Shown in pieces: positions 48,165-61,236 of a DNA stretch of 64,000 bases. The stretch is from Macrostomum hystrix. Lineage: Eukaryota > Animalia > Platyhelminthes. The stretch's first letter is position 1; each line of letters starts with the position of its first letter. Under the pieces are notes generated by a model. That model did no database searches, was not told where the DNA came from, and was given only the letters and a program-made list of their open reading frames with translations. The position numbers and the translations under genes were made by a program. The stretch is from the NCBI GenBank assembly GCA_950097015.1, contig CATNEN010000038.1:11842001-11906000 (forward strand), in the 5' to 3' direction.

Positions 48165-49172
48165 TTGTCTCTCACTCCCCGAGAATCGTCTTATCACCCC
48201 TGAGAATCGTCTCTAATTCCCTGAGAGTCGTCAATCATCCATGAGAATCGTCTCTCGCCCCCCTGAGAATCGTCTCTCACCCCTGAGAATCGTCTCTAAT
48301 TCCCTGAGAGTCGTCAATCATCCATGAGAATCGTCTCTCGCCCCCCTGAGAATCGTCTCTCACCCCTGAGAATCGTCTCTCACCCCCTGAGAATCGTCTC
48401 TCACCCCTGAGAATTGTCTCTAGCCTATGAGAATCGTCTCTCACCCCCTGAGAATCATCTCTAGCCCATGAGAATCGTCTCTCACCCCTGAGAATTCTCT
48501 CTAGCCTATGAGAATCGTCTCTCACCCCCTGAGAATCGTCTCTCACCCCTGAGAATCGTCTCTCACCCCCTGAGAATCGTCTCTCACCCTCAGAGAATCG
48601 TCTCTAGCCTATGAGAATCGTCTCTCATCCCCTGAGAATCGTCTCTCACCCCCTGAGAATCGTCTCTAGCCCATGAGAATCGTCTCTCACTCCCTGAGAA
48701 TCGTCTCTCACCCCCTGAGAATCGTCTCTCACCCCTGAGAATCGTCTCTCACCCCCTGAGAATCGTCTCTCACCCCCTGAGAATCGTCTCTCACCCCCTG
48801 AGGATTGTCTCTCACCCCTGAGAATCGTCTCTCACCCCTGAGAATCGTCTCTCACCCCTGAGAATCGTCTCTCACCCCTGAGAATCGTCTCTCATCCCCT
48901 GAGAATCGTCTCTCACCCCCTGAGAATCGTCTCTAGCCCATGAGAATCGTCTCTCACTCCCTGAGAATCGTCTCTCACCCCCTGAGAATCGTCTCTCACC
49001 CCTGAGAATCGTCTCTCACCCCCTGAGAATCGTCTCTCACCCCCTGAGAATCGTCTCTCACCCCCTGAGGATTGTCTCTCACCCCTGAGAATCGTCTCTC
49101 ACCCCTGAGAATCGTCTCTCACCCCTGAGAATCGTCTCTCACCCCCTGAGAATCGTCTCTCACCCCCTGAGA
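48165..49172. repeat. 20-21-bp minisatellite (cccctgagaatcgtctctca)
   Basis: About 48 copies downstream of the KPNB1 stop codon. Confidence 0.95.
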
Positions 49173-49757
49173 TAGACGATAAAAGTTGGCGAATATTTTC
49201 TGGGACTTCGAGGTTGACTAAAGCCAGTTGTAAAATGACCGCAAGCTGCTATTTAATTCCTGCAATTCTGTTCTCGAACTCATGATCGCATGCGCTGGAA
49301 TATTTATTTTTTGTATTGCACCTGATCGTTTGTGTGTCGAGTTTTTTAAATCCCCTAGTTAATAATAATATTTTTCTTTTTTCTTAACCTTAACCTGATA
49401 ATGTAACGCATAGTGTATTTTGCTATTTTTTCGTTACTCTGCAACAGCAAGCTATCGCCAAACCAGAATACATTGGTTCTATTTAAAATACCCCAGCTTA
49501 GTAACAATAATTCTATTTGCTTCAGCTATATCTCGAACTTCTCAACAAATTATTGGCTACTTATCCGAGTCTGAATAATATAGTCGCAAACGAGCGACCT
49601 ATGTCGCCCCAGTCCCAACCAAGCAACATCTCGTCATTTCCTGCTGATTGAAGATCTCCTTCGATTCGATCATTTATTTGTTTGTCACGCGATTCTTCAA
49701 CTTAGTCATTTTTTATTTTAGCGGTGGAATAATTTTTGTCACCTGCATACATGTTGG

Positions 49758-50548
49758 AACATCTAGCCACAATCCCCGACACATTCCACTCACATCTAGC
49801 CACAATCCCCGACACATTCCACTCACATCTAGCCACAATCCCGACACATTCCACTCACATCTAGCCACAATCCCCGACACATTCCACTCACATCTAGCCA
49901 CAATCCCGACACATTCGACTCACATCTAGCCACAATCCCCGACACATTCCACTCACATCTAGCCACAATCCCCGACACATTCCACTCACATCTAGCCACA
50001 ATCCCCGACACATTCCACTCACATCTAGCCACAATCCCCGACACATTCCACTCACATCTAGCCACAATCCCCGACACATTCCACTCACATTTAGCCACAA
50101 TCCCTGATACATTCCACTCACATCTAGCCACAATCCCCGACACATTCCACTCACATCTAGCCACAATCCCCGACACATTCCACTCACATCTAGCCACAAT
50201 CCTCACACATTCTACTCAACATAACCAATCTAGCCACAACCCATAGCAAGTCACTACATCTAGCCACAACCCATAACAAATCACTACATCTAGCAACAAC
50301 CCATAACAAGTCACTACATCTAGCCACAACCCATAACAAATCACTACATCTAGCTACAACCCATAACAAATCACTACATCTAGCCACAACCCATAACAAA
50401 TCACTACATCTAGCCACAACCCATAACAAGTCACTACATCTAGCCACAACCCATAACAAGTCACTACATCTAGCCACAACCCATAACAAATCACTACATC
50501 TAGCTACAACCTATAACAAATCACTACATCTAGCCACAACCCATAACA
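49758..50548. repeat. Compound minisatellite: a 33-bp unit then a 30-bp unit sharing catctagccacaa
   Basis: The unit switches near 50210. Confidence 0.93.
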
Positions 50549-50800
50549 GACAAAATTGGTACTGATAGGCTGACAGGCAGTATTTTAGTAGGCTTGCAGG
50601 ATCAAATGTTTGTCTGAGAATATTTTTGTGACACAGAATTCCAAAAGTAATAAGTATAAAATAATAATAAATATACTGAAATCATAAAATATTTGAGCCA
50701 GCTGTTTCCATTGTGAATAGTTTAGCCAATGTCATCTATGCCAGTAATCAGCACTGCTTAAATTCCAGCCAAATAACAAATTACGAGCGCATATGTAGTT

Positions 50801-52267
50801 TTAGTGAAGCGGTTTAACAGGCTGTTTGCGTACAGGCGGTGCCATGATGTACACAATGCCAGAGGCCTTGCTGTACAGCTGGTCCAGGTCCTCCTCTTGC
50901 ATCAGCTCGTCTATGCGCGGCGATTGACTGCCGTCGTAGCGACCGGCCGCGTGCTGCTCCAACGACGCCGGCTGCGTTGAATGCTGGTCGGCGCCACCTC
51001 CGGCTGGCCCGGAGGAAGGCGCGGCGGACACTTCTCCGTCGGCGGCAGAATCCGCGCTCTGCGAATCGCAATGAGAAAATCCTTGGTCCTTGGTACTATG
51101 TGTACCGCACAGTCTTGAACTCACCCTCTGCGTTTCCTGCTGCTGCTGCTGCCTGCCATTTTCGTCCGCCTTTCTTCTCTTGTCCTCTTCGTATTCGGCT
51201 AGCTGAATGGATGGCGGATGAGAGGCAGTTAAGAACTATGGGAGTTTGTGGCCGATTTTTCATATCCATGAACTTTATTAGCAGGAGAAAGACCACTGAG
51301 GTATATCAAATACCGACTGCCTGCTTCAAGATAGCTCCCAACAGAATGACCAATTTTGTGAAAGCACACCATCCGCCCTTTACGATGACCTAATTTTCAA
51401 AGCTGTCCGCATTGTCAGCATAGTCCAGATATTCAGCCATTCTTGTCGAAGACCCTGGTGACAAGGACAACTGACATGGCTCTGTACAAACCTTTATGGT
51501 GAATCCATATTCGTTTTAAAATGAAACATCAGCGTTCTACTCCTAATTGAGAGGTCTTGAGTTCGAATCTCAGCCATGGGACACAATGCTTGAGCAAGAC
51601 ACACAAATTCCATTGGCTTCAGTCCACTCACCGTCTTGTGCGGGTTCGGCGGCCAGAATTCTTTCCAGTCGTCGTCGCTGCGACGACGAGCACCTCGGCT
51701 GTTGTCTCGGGCCTCGCCAGCGGACTCGATGACGCCGTCCAGGACCAGCTTGCGAATCCGCCGAGACTCTGCCTCCGCCAGTCGGCGCTCCTTCTGCTGC
51801 TGCACCGTCTAATGAGTTTTGGGATTCGAACTCGATGGTCTCCACATATCGGAGGGTTCGATTGTGCCTATATGTTACTGATATTGCTACTGAGCGTTTC
51901 TATAGTTACTAGAGAGTGTCTAAAGATACTAGAGGGTGTCTAAAGATACTAGAGGGTGTCTGTAGATACTAGAGGGTGTCTATAGATACTAGAGGGTGTC
52001 TGTAGATACTAGAGGGTGTCCGCTGGTTCCAGAATTATGTCTGGAAAGTACATTTCGCACACTTTGTCTGTGCATGTGTCTCTCTCAGATTATATTCGCG
52101 TGTACGAAATTCGAAAGCATTGCGGACAGTTTTGCCCTGGATCCGCTCACCAGGTACTTGTCGTCAAGCCTCTGCTGCAGCTCCTGCACGAAGCGCTTAT
52201 CGGTGACCTTGGGCTCGCGGTCGCCCATCACCTGGTCGTAGCGCCGCTGTCTTGGAATAGCCGGCAT
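50801..52267 (-). CDS. Uncharacterised charged protein (~231 aa)
   Basis: Exons 52267-52151, 51808-51632 and 51202-50801 join in phase 0 with canonical GT-AG sites; GC-rich coding style; no recognisable domain. A possible in-frame mini-intron lies near 51124-51059. Confidence 0.6.
51905..52020. repeat. 20-bp tandem repeat (agagggtgtctrwagatact)
   Basis: About 5-6 copies in an intron of the unknown gene. Confidence 0.85.
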
Positions 52268-52883
52268 GTCGACTGTTAGTCCCGCTATCAAAAGTCTAAT
52301 AGTTAAGCCGATGATGAGCGAGTGAGTGAGTTCTGCTCAGCTTCACCTCTAAACAGCTCGGCGCACAAAAGATGAACGGAGAATTTATTCTTAATTGAAA
52401 GCCTCAAATTGTGGGGGTTGGATAGGGTTGGTCAGTGTGAATCGCTTTTCTTGTTTTCAAAGCCGACGCATTGCCAGTCAGTGTTGACCCAAGCGGGTGG
52501 GTCAACCAGCAATTGCCAGGCAGAGCCGTATGTCATAGAAAGCAGAAAATACTTCACAGTTAAACAATGGGGAGAGATAGAAGGAGCAAGAAAGCACGGC
52601 AACCAGCCAACAGCTCGGCTTACTGAGGCCACACTCAGAGGAGGGCATTTCATCTGACACGAAGATTGCTCGTTGAGGCAGGCACAGATTAAGAGACGCA
52701 AAACTGTATTTTACAGTGCTGTTTACAATCGCTAGGTAGATCTGCAATTCAAGGTGTTCTCGCCTAGCAAGCTTATAACACAAATTAACAATGAGGCCAA
52801 TGCAATGCACTTTTTTCCAAAACGACCTCCCAAATATGAGAAAAAATGGTCTAGTTATTTTAACTTTGAGTGCGAAAAAACTA

Positions 52884-53186
52884 TAAACGCGTTGTTTGCA
52901 TATCGCACCAAGGTCCCCGAGCTCGATTCCGCGGCGAGGGCACATTTATTTGGCTTGTCGTGCAATTTACGCCCTTGAGATCCAACCCCCAAGGCACAGT
53001 AAACGTGTGCACTGCCTGACGATGAGAAAGTCAGGGCAGATGTACACACCTGTGTGAGCGTGTGCCTGCGTACGGTATCTGTGTGCGTGTCTGTTAAGGA
53101 GTCAGTGAAAGGGGCAGAATAGTCTCTCTGGCTGTGGGTCTAAAGTCTCCAAATTATGTTTCATTGCCCGCAGCCCTCCTGCAATT
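52884..53186 (+). mobile_element. tRNA-derived SINE, family A
   Basis: CTCGATTCCGCGGCGAGG head remnant; body ending GCCCGCAGCCCTCCTGCAATT. Confidence 0.8.
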
Positions 53187-54074
53187 GTGATTAGTTCTCT
53201 AAATGTTTCGCTACAAATGCAAAAGCTGAAGTCGCATTTTAAGTACACCTAGCTAAATATAAAATATTCAACCACTTCAGCATGCCCACAGCTTCAGTAC
53301 GCCCAAGGTACACCAACTGCACAATGCACAAACCTGACGGATCTAATAGCCAAATCCCAGTTCACTAATATTCTCTGTACAATCACCTCCAACAGGAGAG
53401 GCTGTATTTCAAGTGCGGCTACAGGCAGATGGCTTTACCAGATTATAGCAGTGAATTCATTTATAATGCAACATCATATTAAACTCAGATCACCATGGCA
53501 ACAGGCAAACTTAAGCAGCACTCTGGGGCTCAGGTGGGATGAAAAAAAGCCTAAAGGAAAAGAACTGTAACTGGCAGCGGGAGAGCTATACAATGCAGTG
53601 GTAATGGTGCAAGATCTGTGCATATTTGATAACCCTGAGAAACCGTGCAAAAAGTCCTGCCTTCTGCAATGCCTAAAGCAAAAAGCAAAAGCACGATTCT
53701 TTATAACCAGTAATTCGATATAGTCCAGATTTTTTTGATTGATTAGGAATTGAAAAAAATATTCTTGAGTTGATTAAACACTGGCCCAAACTTATACTGT
53801 ATAAATATCGGGGACTATTTCAGTAGAAATTAATAGAGGCATTCTAATCAAGATTATAATTCAAGATCGAAAGTGCCCAGGTCCGCTGTTTTGATCGTCA
53901 ATTGGTTGATTAGCGGAGGGTTTAGTCTCGCACCGAAGTCCTGAGCTCGAACCAGCGGCGAGGCCACATTCGTTTGAGGCGGAGTGAAGGCTAGGGGGCT
54001 TGTCGTATAATTGACGCGCATTAGTGCCAACCAACTCAGCCCAGGGAGTGTGTGCACTGCATGAAGCCACTGTC

Positions 54075-57000
54075 TCAGACTGAGAAAATCTTCTGGAACC
54101 AGGAGGGCTGATACTCGATGGCAGCCTTGCCACCGTCAGCTCCGAGCAGCTCGGCTGAGAACGGCTGCGGTTTCAATGGCAATTCAAAGTGCAGCTGCAG
54201 CTGGTCCATTGTGCCCGATTGGAATGGCTCGGCATCGTAGATAGCACGAGGCGCATTGTCTGGAACATGATCGCCTACCGCTTCAGTCTTGACAGGCTGC
54301 ACTCTGTTAGCATTGTGCAACCTGAGCGCGGACAGCTGAACCAGTTGGAACACCAGCTCCAGCATCTCCAGTAGGGTGATGATGGAAACGCCGACCCACA
54401 GGCCTGAAAATAGGATTGCGATGTTTCAGAAATTAGATTTCACAACTTTAGAGCTTAGACCAGTTTGTCCCTGAACAAGATTTGTATATTCTATTCGTAG
54501 AGATCATTGTGCGTTTTAGATAAGTGCGCGTAAGTTCAAGGGCTTATCAAGCCCAGGGGACAAGGGTCCATTAATCGGCTGACAAATATATGTGGCGGCC
54601 CCCTAAATAAAAAAATCCAGGCCTACGCCACTGCGTAAGTTTAGCAACTATTCTTTTCTACACATTTTATTTTCGAGTGTAAAAGCTTTTTTACCGTGAA
54701 TTGGATAGAAAGCAGTTCTATGTGTATACTGCTTGCTTTGCACTTCAGGAAAAATCAATAAATTTAATAGGGCTCTTAAGTAAGGTAAAAAATGTGCAGA
54801 AATAATTTATCCCAGTAATTTCTTTGTTTAAACAGCAGCGTGGACAATTGTGGAATTATGAATTTGCTGAGAGCTGAAGAATATGCGAATGGTTCCTGTG
54901 AGTGTGTGCCAGCTTAAGGACCAATCGATACTGACATGCTCAAACTCTCCCTTTGGAGACAAATGAAATGCCAATTCCATTTGTTTAATGTAAGAAAATG
55001 TTTCACCTTATTTGAGGTTCCTCATAATTTTTCAATTGAAAATTGGGTCACAAAATAACACCCTGTGTACGTACCACCAGAAAACGTTCGACAATTTTGC
55101 CATGGACTCAACAGAAAATATCGGACCAATTTGTTGTTTAATATTATATTTTCTGAGCATATGTATCATTTAAGACTTGTTGTAATGCCAAAACATTTTG
55201 TTTAATCTTCCCTATTTGCCTAATGATTTGGCCCAACAGCACAAGTCTCAACCGTGAGAGGACACGAGAGGTATTTCTATCATCCTCGCAACTGCTTATG
55301 AGTTGCAGTTTTCAGCTCGATCAACACAAGCTTACCGAGAATTCCGCCCAGATCTGAGAACAAATTTCTCAGCTGGTAGGCGAATGATTCTTTGAAGACG
55401 CTGGCCTTGGTGGACTCGGTGTACAGGTCTAGCACACTGACGTACTTGTTGCTAATCGTCGTTGAAGGCCGATTGTACACATCCATCAGACGGCTGGTGA
55501 ACAGGCCGCTGCCCGCAATGCTCGTCAGAATGGCCGCCGCATAGTCCCTCAGAGCCAGCGCTGCCAGCTTGGAGTCCTTGGGCCAGGCCGATAGGGTGGT
55601 GGTGACGCGGTAGCGAGTGTTGCTGCACCTGACCGGGCAGCGCTTGCTGGAGACACCCTGTGTCTCATGCCGGTGCAGAACTTTACGAAAACAGTTGATC
55701 AGCTTTGCTGTGCGATTGTACAGGTGCCAGTTGTCCTGGAGGTACTGTGTAAGGGGATAATTGACCCAGGACTTGTTTGTAATAGTGTACTCAGTTTTGT
55801 TCAGACTGTTCTGCTGATAGAAGATGTCACGGAAGAAGAGCTGAAATGAAATAGTAATAGAAGTAGTAGAATGTAACACTATAACGTGCCCGAAACTTTA
55901 AGACTTTTTGGGAAACAATTGAAGCTCTCACCTCCTCTGGCAGCTGGTGGCACACTCCGGTATCGTTCATGAGGTCGCTGGGCAACGCCAGGTGTGTCCC
56001 CAAGCAGTCGCAGGTATTCTTGAACTCCTCCTGCATGATTCGCGTCAAGCAGTCCTGGGTGCTGCCGAAGAAGCTCTGGTTCTCGAAGTGCCCAGGGTAG
56101 GAGAAGTTCATTGTGTAGGTCACATTCGGCAGGTCATCGCTGCACGGAAACGATTCACGGTTGACCTTCGAGTCAGTCTCAGAAGACATCAGTGCCGAGG
56201 TCTTGTAGCCGAATGGTGCGTTGAAGCTGAGCGTCATGTCCGGCTTGAATCCTGCAGTTCAAGTGGAATCATTATTACCGGGAGCATGTACGAGTATTTA
56301 AAGCGCAATGGTATTTGCGTCTTTGAGTAAGACACTTAATTCCGTATTGCAGTGAAACAGTGAACTGCATGCCAAACTTCTGTATCCTCTATCATGTGAT
56401 GAAAATTCGAGAGTGACATTAAGTGCTTTCCCGTTACCGTTTTCGTGCAGAGCAATGCGGAACCCGGGAACATTGTCAATTTGCTCTTCGTTAGTGAGAA
56501 ATGTCGTGGCTGGCTGCACAAGTACCAGGTAGAGCCCATTGCCCTCCCCGGCTCGGACGACGGTACGGTTCACAGGATTGAAGGACATGCACATGAATCT
56601 GGAGAGGATTAAGAGCATCAACTTTGAGTACAGCACGGGAAAGCCCACAGAGCCTAGCGCCAAACTGATAATGCAATCCAAGAATAGCTACAATTTTTGC
56701 AACCTTTCTTCGTCCTTGTAAATCGTGAAGTTTTCAAATGAGCACAACTCAGAGTTGTAGCGGCAGTAAATGACGGTCTCATACGGCTGCTGAAACAGGA
56801 CTCCGCGATAGGCCAGGAATCTCAGAGAAAGCTTGCCATCATGATAGAAGCTGTAGGCCTCTGTCGGCATGGACACATTCCAGTCCTCCTGTAGCAGCTG
56901 GTACAATGCTCTTGGAATGTCATAAATCATGGCTGAAAGGCATCTATCACGTCCTAAAACAGAGAAATTATACTTGGAAATGAGTAGTTAATCGATTTCA

Positions 57001-57367
57001 AATTCCAAGCCTCACAAGCCTCACCTGGGATACTGTAGTTGCTTTCTACCTTCTGGCAGAAATACACGAACGAGTTGGTGGGGCAGATGGTCACAGTCGG
57101 GAACTGAAAATCGGCGCCCTCATTTGAGAACTCTGTGCTCACTGGGTAGCTCAGGTAGCGCTGCGCCAGCTCTGCCAGGTGTAGTGAGAACCCGACACAG
57201 GCGCCCACAATGGCCAGGCCCCAGACTAAACGGCGCAGTCCGGAGCCCTGCGTCAGGCGCATGATGCCGTGCGCTGTGGTCTGCTCCGCGAATGAAATCA
57301 GCGCCTTCTGGCGAAGCTCCCGCAGCAGGGACTCGGGCTGCTGCTGCTGCTGATCGTCCAAGATCAT
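54075..57367 (-). CDS. DEG/ENaC/ASIC-family amiloride-sensitive sodium channel subunit
   Basis: Exons 57367-57025 (FAEQTTAHG, TM1, FPTVTICPTN), 56953-56704, 56598-56438, 56251-55932, 55840-55336 and 54403-54075 (SDLGGILG|LWVGVSIITLLE TM2). Phases are compatible; 635 aa. Confidence 0.92.
54537..54633. mobile_element. Short hAT-type MITE
   Basis: 8-bp TSD CGTAAGTT (54529-54536 and 54634-54641); imperfect TIRs CAAGGGCTTA / TACGCCACTG. Confidence 0.65.
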
Positions 57368-57744
57368 TTCAATGCTGCCTCAAGGTGATCTCAAACTGCG
57401 TTAGGCGATAGTATTTAGCTGGCCCTATCAGAGCCTACAAATTTTAAACACCAGGTATTAACCTGCTGCTGATTAGGGGGCCTAATAAATGTGAGGAAAA
57501 CCTGTTGGCTTCAAATGGCAGAACAGCACGGGCCAATCACATCTTCTCTTCAGTCTTTTAAGTGGAATCAGCATCTTAAAAACATTACACAGGCAAGTCC
57601 CGATGTCAGCGTCAAAGAAAACTTTGATCCATACATGGTCTTGGGAGGTCGCCACACCCAGCTGATGCTTTGTCGGTCAGCTGAGTCGGTGATTCTTTGG
57701 CCCACCAAGGATCTGAAATTCGAACTACGGGGCTTTCGTCTGTT

Positions 57745-58445
57745 TTAAGAGGCCAATCTGTATGGGTTCGTTATTTAGGTCGAGCTCGCTATTGTACTTG
57801 CTGGCGATCATGTCAGGCGTGTTTTTATACAGGTACAGGTGCCGCTTGTCCAATCAGACTCCATCGATGCGATTCAAGATCCTGCTATAGTGCAGACCTT
57901 CAGCACCGAGGCGATTAGTTCTTGATTCTTCAGCGGGCTCGAAAGTGGTGAGAGTTTGCAGACACCCTTCAGAGTCACACACCTTTCGTCTTCTTCTCGT
58001 TCAGGGCGCATCCGTTCCGGCTTGGCCGCTCTGGAAGGGGCTGTGATCATGCACTGAGGGCTCAGTGGCGGTCGCCTCGATGACTCTGAACGGGACATAC
58101 AGACATACATGTACGTATTTCTGAAAGCCTATTTGCTTCAGTTAAGAGGCTTGTTAGAATTCCATGAATACAAGCATGCATAGCGATTCCAGTGTGTGTT
58201 GTTGAGGCAGTCATTTTCTTGTCTGTCAAATTTTCCACAGAGGGACCGCTGTCGAATTGTGACAAGAGCACACGAGAGGAACCAGCTGTGGCACATGATG
58301 GCATTGTTCATTAGGTCACTGGGAAGCGGGAGGTGCATTTCTAGTCAGCCGCCAATCCTCATGCAGTCCGTCTTGTCGCTAAGGTACCTCTGGTCTTGGT
58401 GTTTTCCTGGCCATAAAACGTGCATGATGTAACTGACGTTCGATG
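57745..58445 (-). pseudogene. Degraded DEG/ENaC paralog fragment
   Basis: Fragments NVSYIMHVLWPG..DC, HLPLPSDLMNNAIMCH and DMIASKYNSELDL resemble NVTYTMNFSYPG, HLALPSDLMNDTGVCH and TISNKYVSVLDL of the adjacent gene, with stops and deletions. Confidence 0.7.
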
Positions 58446-58849
58446 GATCAAAAACGAGCAATAAACTCATAGACCTCTAGACCCATAGTTTTTTGAGTTG
58501 TAGAAATTCATATTTCATTCATTTTTTCATATAATTCAAAATGCGCAGCTGTTTAACTAACGTGACTACTCGCTTCAAGTAGTGTTTATGTAACATGCGC
58601 GCCGAACTGTGTAAAAAGCTTTGATGAAACTGCGACAATGATAGCCTAGCTATTTTAGATCCAGGATGATAAGTAAGAACGATCCTCCCTCGCAATCCAT
58701 CACAAGATACCTTTTTTGATAATCATTATTAGCTGTTACAGTAGACTTACGGAGCTGACCCCTTTGAAAACTTTGAAAGCTTTGAAAACTAAATTACCCC
58801 TAAAGTTTATCATAGTTGTGCAATCACCGATAATAATAACAAAAAAATA

Positions 58850-59139
58850 ATTGATTACACATGCCCTATTGGGCCAGATGTGCAGCCGACAGCACAGCCG
58901 CAGCTATTGCGCGGCGCATCTGAAAGCTGCGTACGGCTGTTCAGTCCATGGACAGGGGGGACGCCACACCCACCTTCAATTATCAAAGCTAATGCTGGGA
59001 CCCATTTTACAGTTGTGTGAAATGAAGCAATGCAGAGTTAAGTGGCTTGCTAAAGGACACAAATTGTTCCAGTCGAGTCGGGAATCGAACCCCCGACCTT
59101 CAAGTCGTGAGTCCGACGCTCTGACCACTAGGCTACAAC
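58850..59139 (-). mobile_element. tRNA-derived SINE family B (CORE-like)
   Basis: GGTTGTAGCCTAGTGGTCAGAGC..GGTTCGATTCCC head followed by TGTGTCCTTTAGCAAGCCACTTAAC. Related fragments near 9.25, 18.1, 23.0, 40.25, 51.55 and 56.33 kb. Confidence 0.8.
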
Positions 59140-59994
59140 CTTCTCCTTTCACGCTTCAGGAGATCCTAAAAATCCATTGACTGGAGAGGAGGATCGATCG
59201 ATTTAGAAATGGCTACTGCTCCTTGATTTTATATCGTTTTGAATGCTAGTCGGAACGCTAGGGGGTTGCCAGGAAGGAAGCAAGTGGAGCCGTGCCCCCC
59301 GCCTTCCCAATTGGCTGACGAGACAATGTGTCGCCCCGTAGTAGTGGCGCCCACGTAGTAGTGGCGCCCCCGTAGTAGTGGCACCCCCGTAGCTTCATTC
59401 TTTTTTGATCGTCAGTAAGTCAGTTTAGTTAGGTGTATAGTAGTGCGACAGTGTTCATTATAAGTGCTAGAGTACCGAAATGAAAAATGATGAGTTCATG
59501 TTACGTGGGCGGCACTGTGTCTGAGAGTGAGGTAATTTGCATCGCAGAATGCAACTTCTAAATCGCGTGATTCATGGGAACAACTGATTTTTTGCTGCTT
59601 GACTAACAACACATTAAACTTGGAAACTTCCAAGAGCCTTGTGAAAACTCAAAGCTGGTTTAAAGTACTTCTCTCAAAACTTCGTTTAGTATGTTACGAA
59701 TTAAAGTACCATTTTTCGCTGCTAGACAATGACTAATTAGCTTCCTTTCCTCTTGTGCGTTTTCATCATTAAACGTCTGAAGAAGTAGCCGGGATGACGG
59801 CATGATGGCATGATGGCACGTCTCGTTAACTAGCAGGCTAGGATTGGATAATGCTTCTGAGTGCGACTGCCGGCCAGTATTTAAGCCGTATTTAAGCCGT
59901 AGCGCCGATGAAAACATAATAATTTTGTGACAGAGTAGGCTCTGTAGGAAGCATCCGCTCGTAGCAATAAAAAACTGCGAATATCTGGCCAAAC

Positions 59995-61236
59995 ATGAAC
60001 CTTGCGACCGCAGCCACATGGCTGATCCAGCTGCTGCAGCTCACCTCTCTGACTGCCGCTGACAGCCAGTACCTGTACTCCATCGACAAGGCCGAATGGG
60101 ATAGAGTAGGTGCACCTGAAACGTCAGGTTCGTCTGCTGTAGTCCTCGCAGCCCGCTCGGAAATCGAGTGCGCCGCACTGTGCGAGCTGGCGCCCTCCAG
60201 CTGCGCCAGTGTGGTCTGGTGCCCGACAGACCGCTGCCAGCTGGTTGACGGCATGCCCGGCGCCGCTGCCACTGCTGCACCCGCCGGCTGTCGAGCTCTG
60301 GCTCTGACTAGTCGACGTCGATGTGAGTGAATTCCGTCATTCTGTAAACCGTTTTTCTCTTCATTGCACAAGAGCAAACCCCACGGAACTGCTGATGCTT
60401 CTCCAGACAGTGGAAACTGGTGCTCGTGGAGCCTGTGGACTCCGTGGACCGCCAGCTGCTTCGCTGGCTCGCGAAATCGCGACCGGATCTGTCAGTGTCC
60501 ACAGCCTCAGGCTCCGTCGTCTGGCATCGGCTGTGACGACAGCTCAACCGCTGGCGGAGCTTCCCAGCTGGCCGAGAGATTCCTGGGCTGGTGCAACTGG
60601 CAAGCCTGGAGCAGCTGGGGCTCAGGTAAAAGATGTGCTTAAAGTATGCGATGAGATTTGCAGTTTTTGAGTCATGAATCAGACTGTACAGTCTTTGTCA
60701 TCGCTGCGCAGGATGCAACGTCAACCAGCAGCGGTCCAGGTCCAGGACCTGCGACTGCGCGACGGATCCAGTGACCTCTCCGTCTTCGAGCGCCACTGAG
60801 CAGGAATCGCGGTTTCTCGGCTGGTGTGACTGGCAGGCCTGGAGCAGCTGGAGCTCAGGTGAGAGACGTGCTCAAAGTATGGGATGAGATTTGCAGTTTT
60901 GGAATCAGAAATAGCATGCAGTACAGTCTTTGTTATCGTTGCGCAGGATGCAACGTCAACCGCCAGCGGTCCAGGACCAGGACGTGTGTCTGCGCGACGG
61001 ATCCAGTGACCTCTCCGTCTTTGAACGCCACTGAGCAGGAATCCCATTTTCTTGGCTGGTGTCCGTGGAATCCTTGGGGCGATTGGTCTGGCTGGCGCCG
61101 GGACAACTGCGCGCTTGGGTGGGAAAGAAGGAGCCGCACCCGCACACGCAGTTGTGGATGCATTGTGAGCTACACTGCGAACCCATCTTCGACGAGCTCT
61201 GATTCGGACGAAACGTCTTGCCAATTTCAAGGATGA
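59995..61236 (+). CDS. Secreted PAN/Apple-like plus thrombospondin type-1-like repeat protein
   Basis: Exons 59995-60322 (signal peptide, SEIECAALC..CASVVW..RCQL), 60407-60625, 60712-60858 and 60947-61236 (WxxWxxW..C..RxRxRxC repeats). All introns are phase 1; 327 aa. Confidence 0.85.

Noticed and set aside
53015-53040. Hammerhead ribozyme (CTGACGA..GAAA) in the SINE body, also at 16527 and 61741
   Set aside because: No stem II or valid stem III with an NUH site; at 61741 GAAA is replaced by GCAA. The SINE motif is better explained as a simple hairpin.
59060-59139. tRNA genes (also at 22960, 41430 and 9640-9710)
   Set aside because: A/B boxes are present, but there is no closed acceptor stem and each continues into a shared SINE body.
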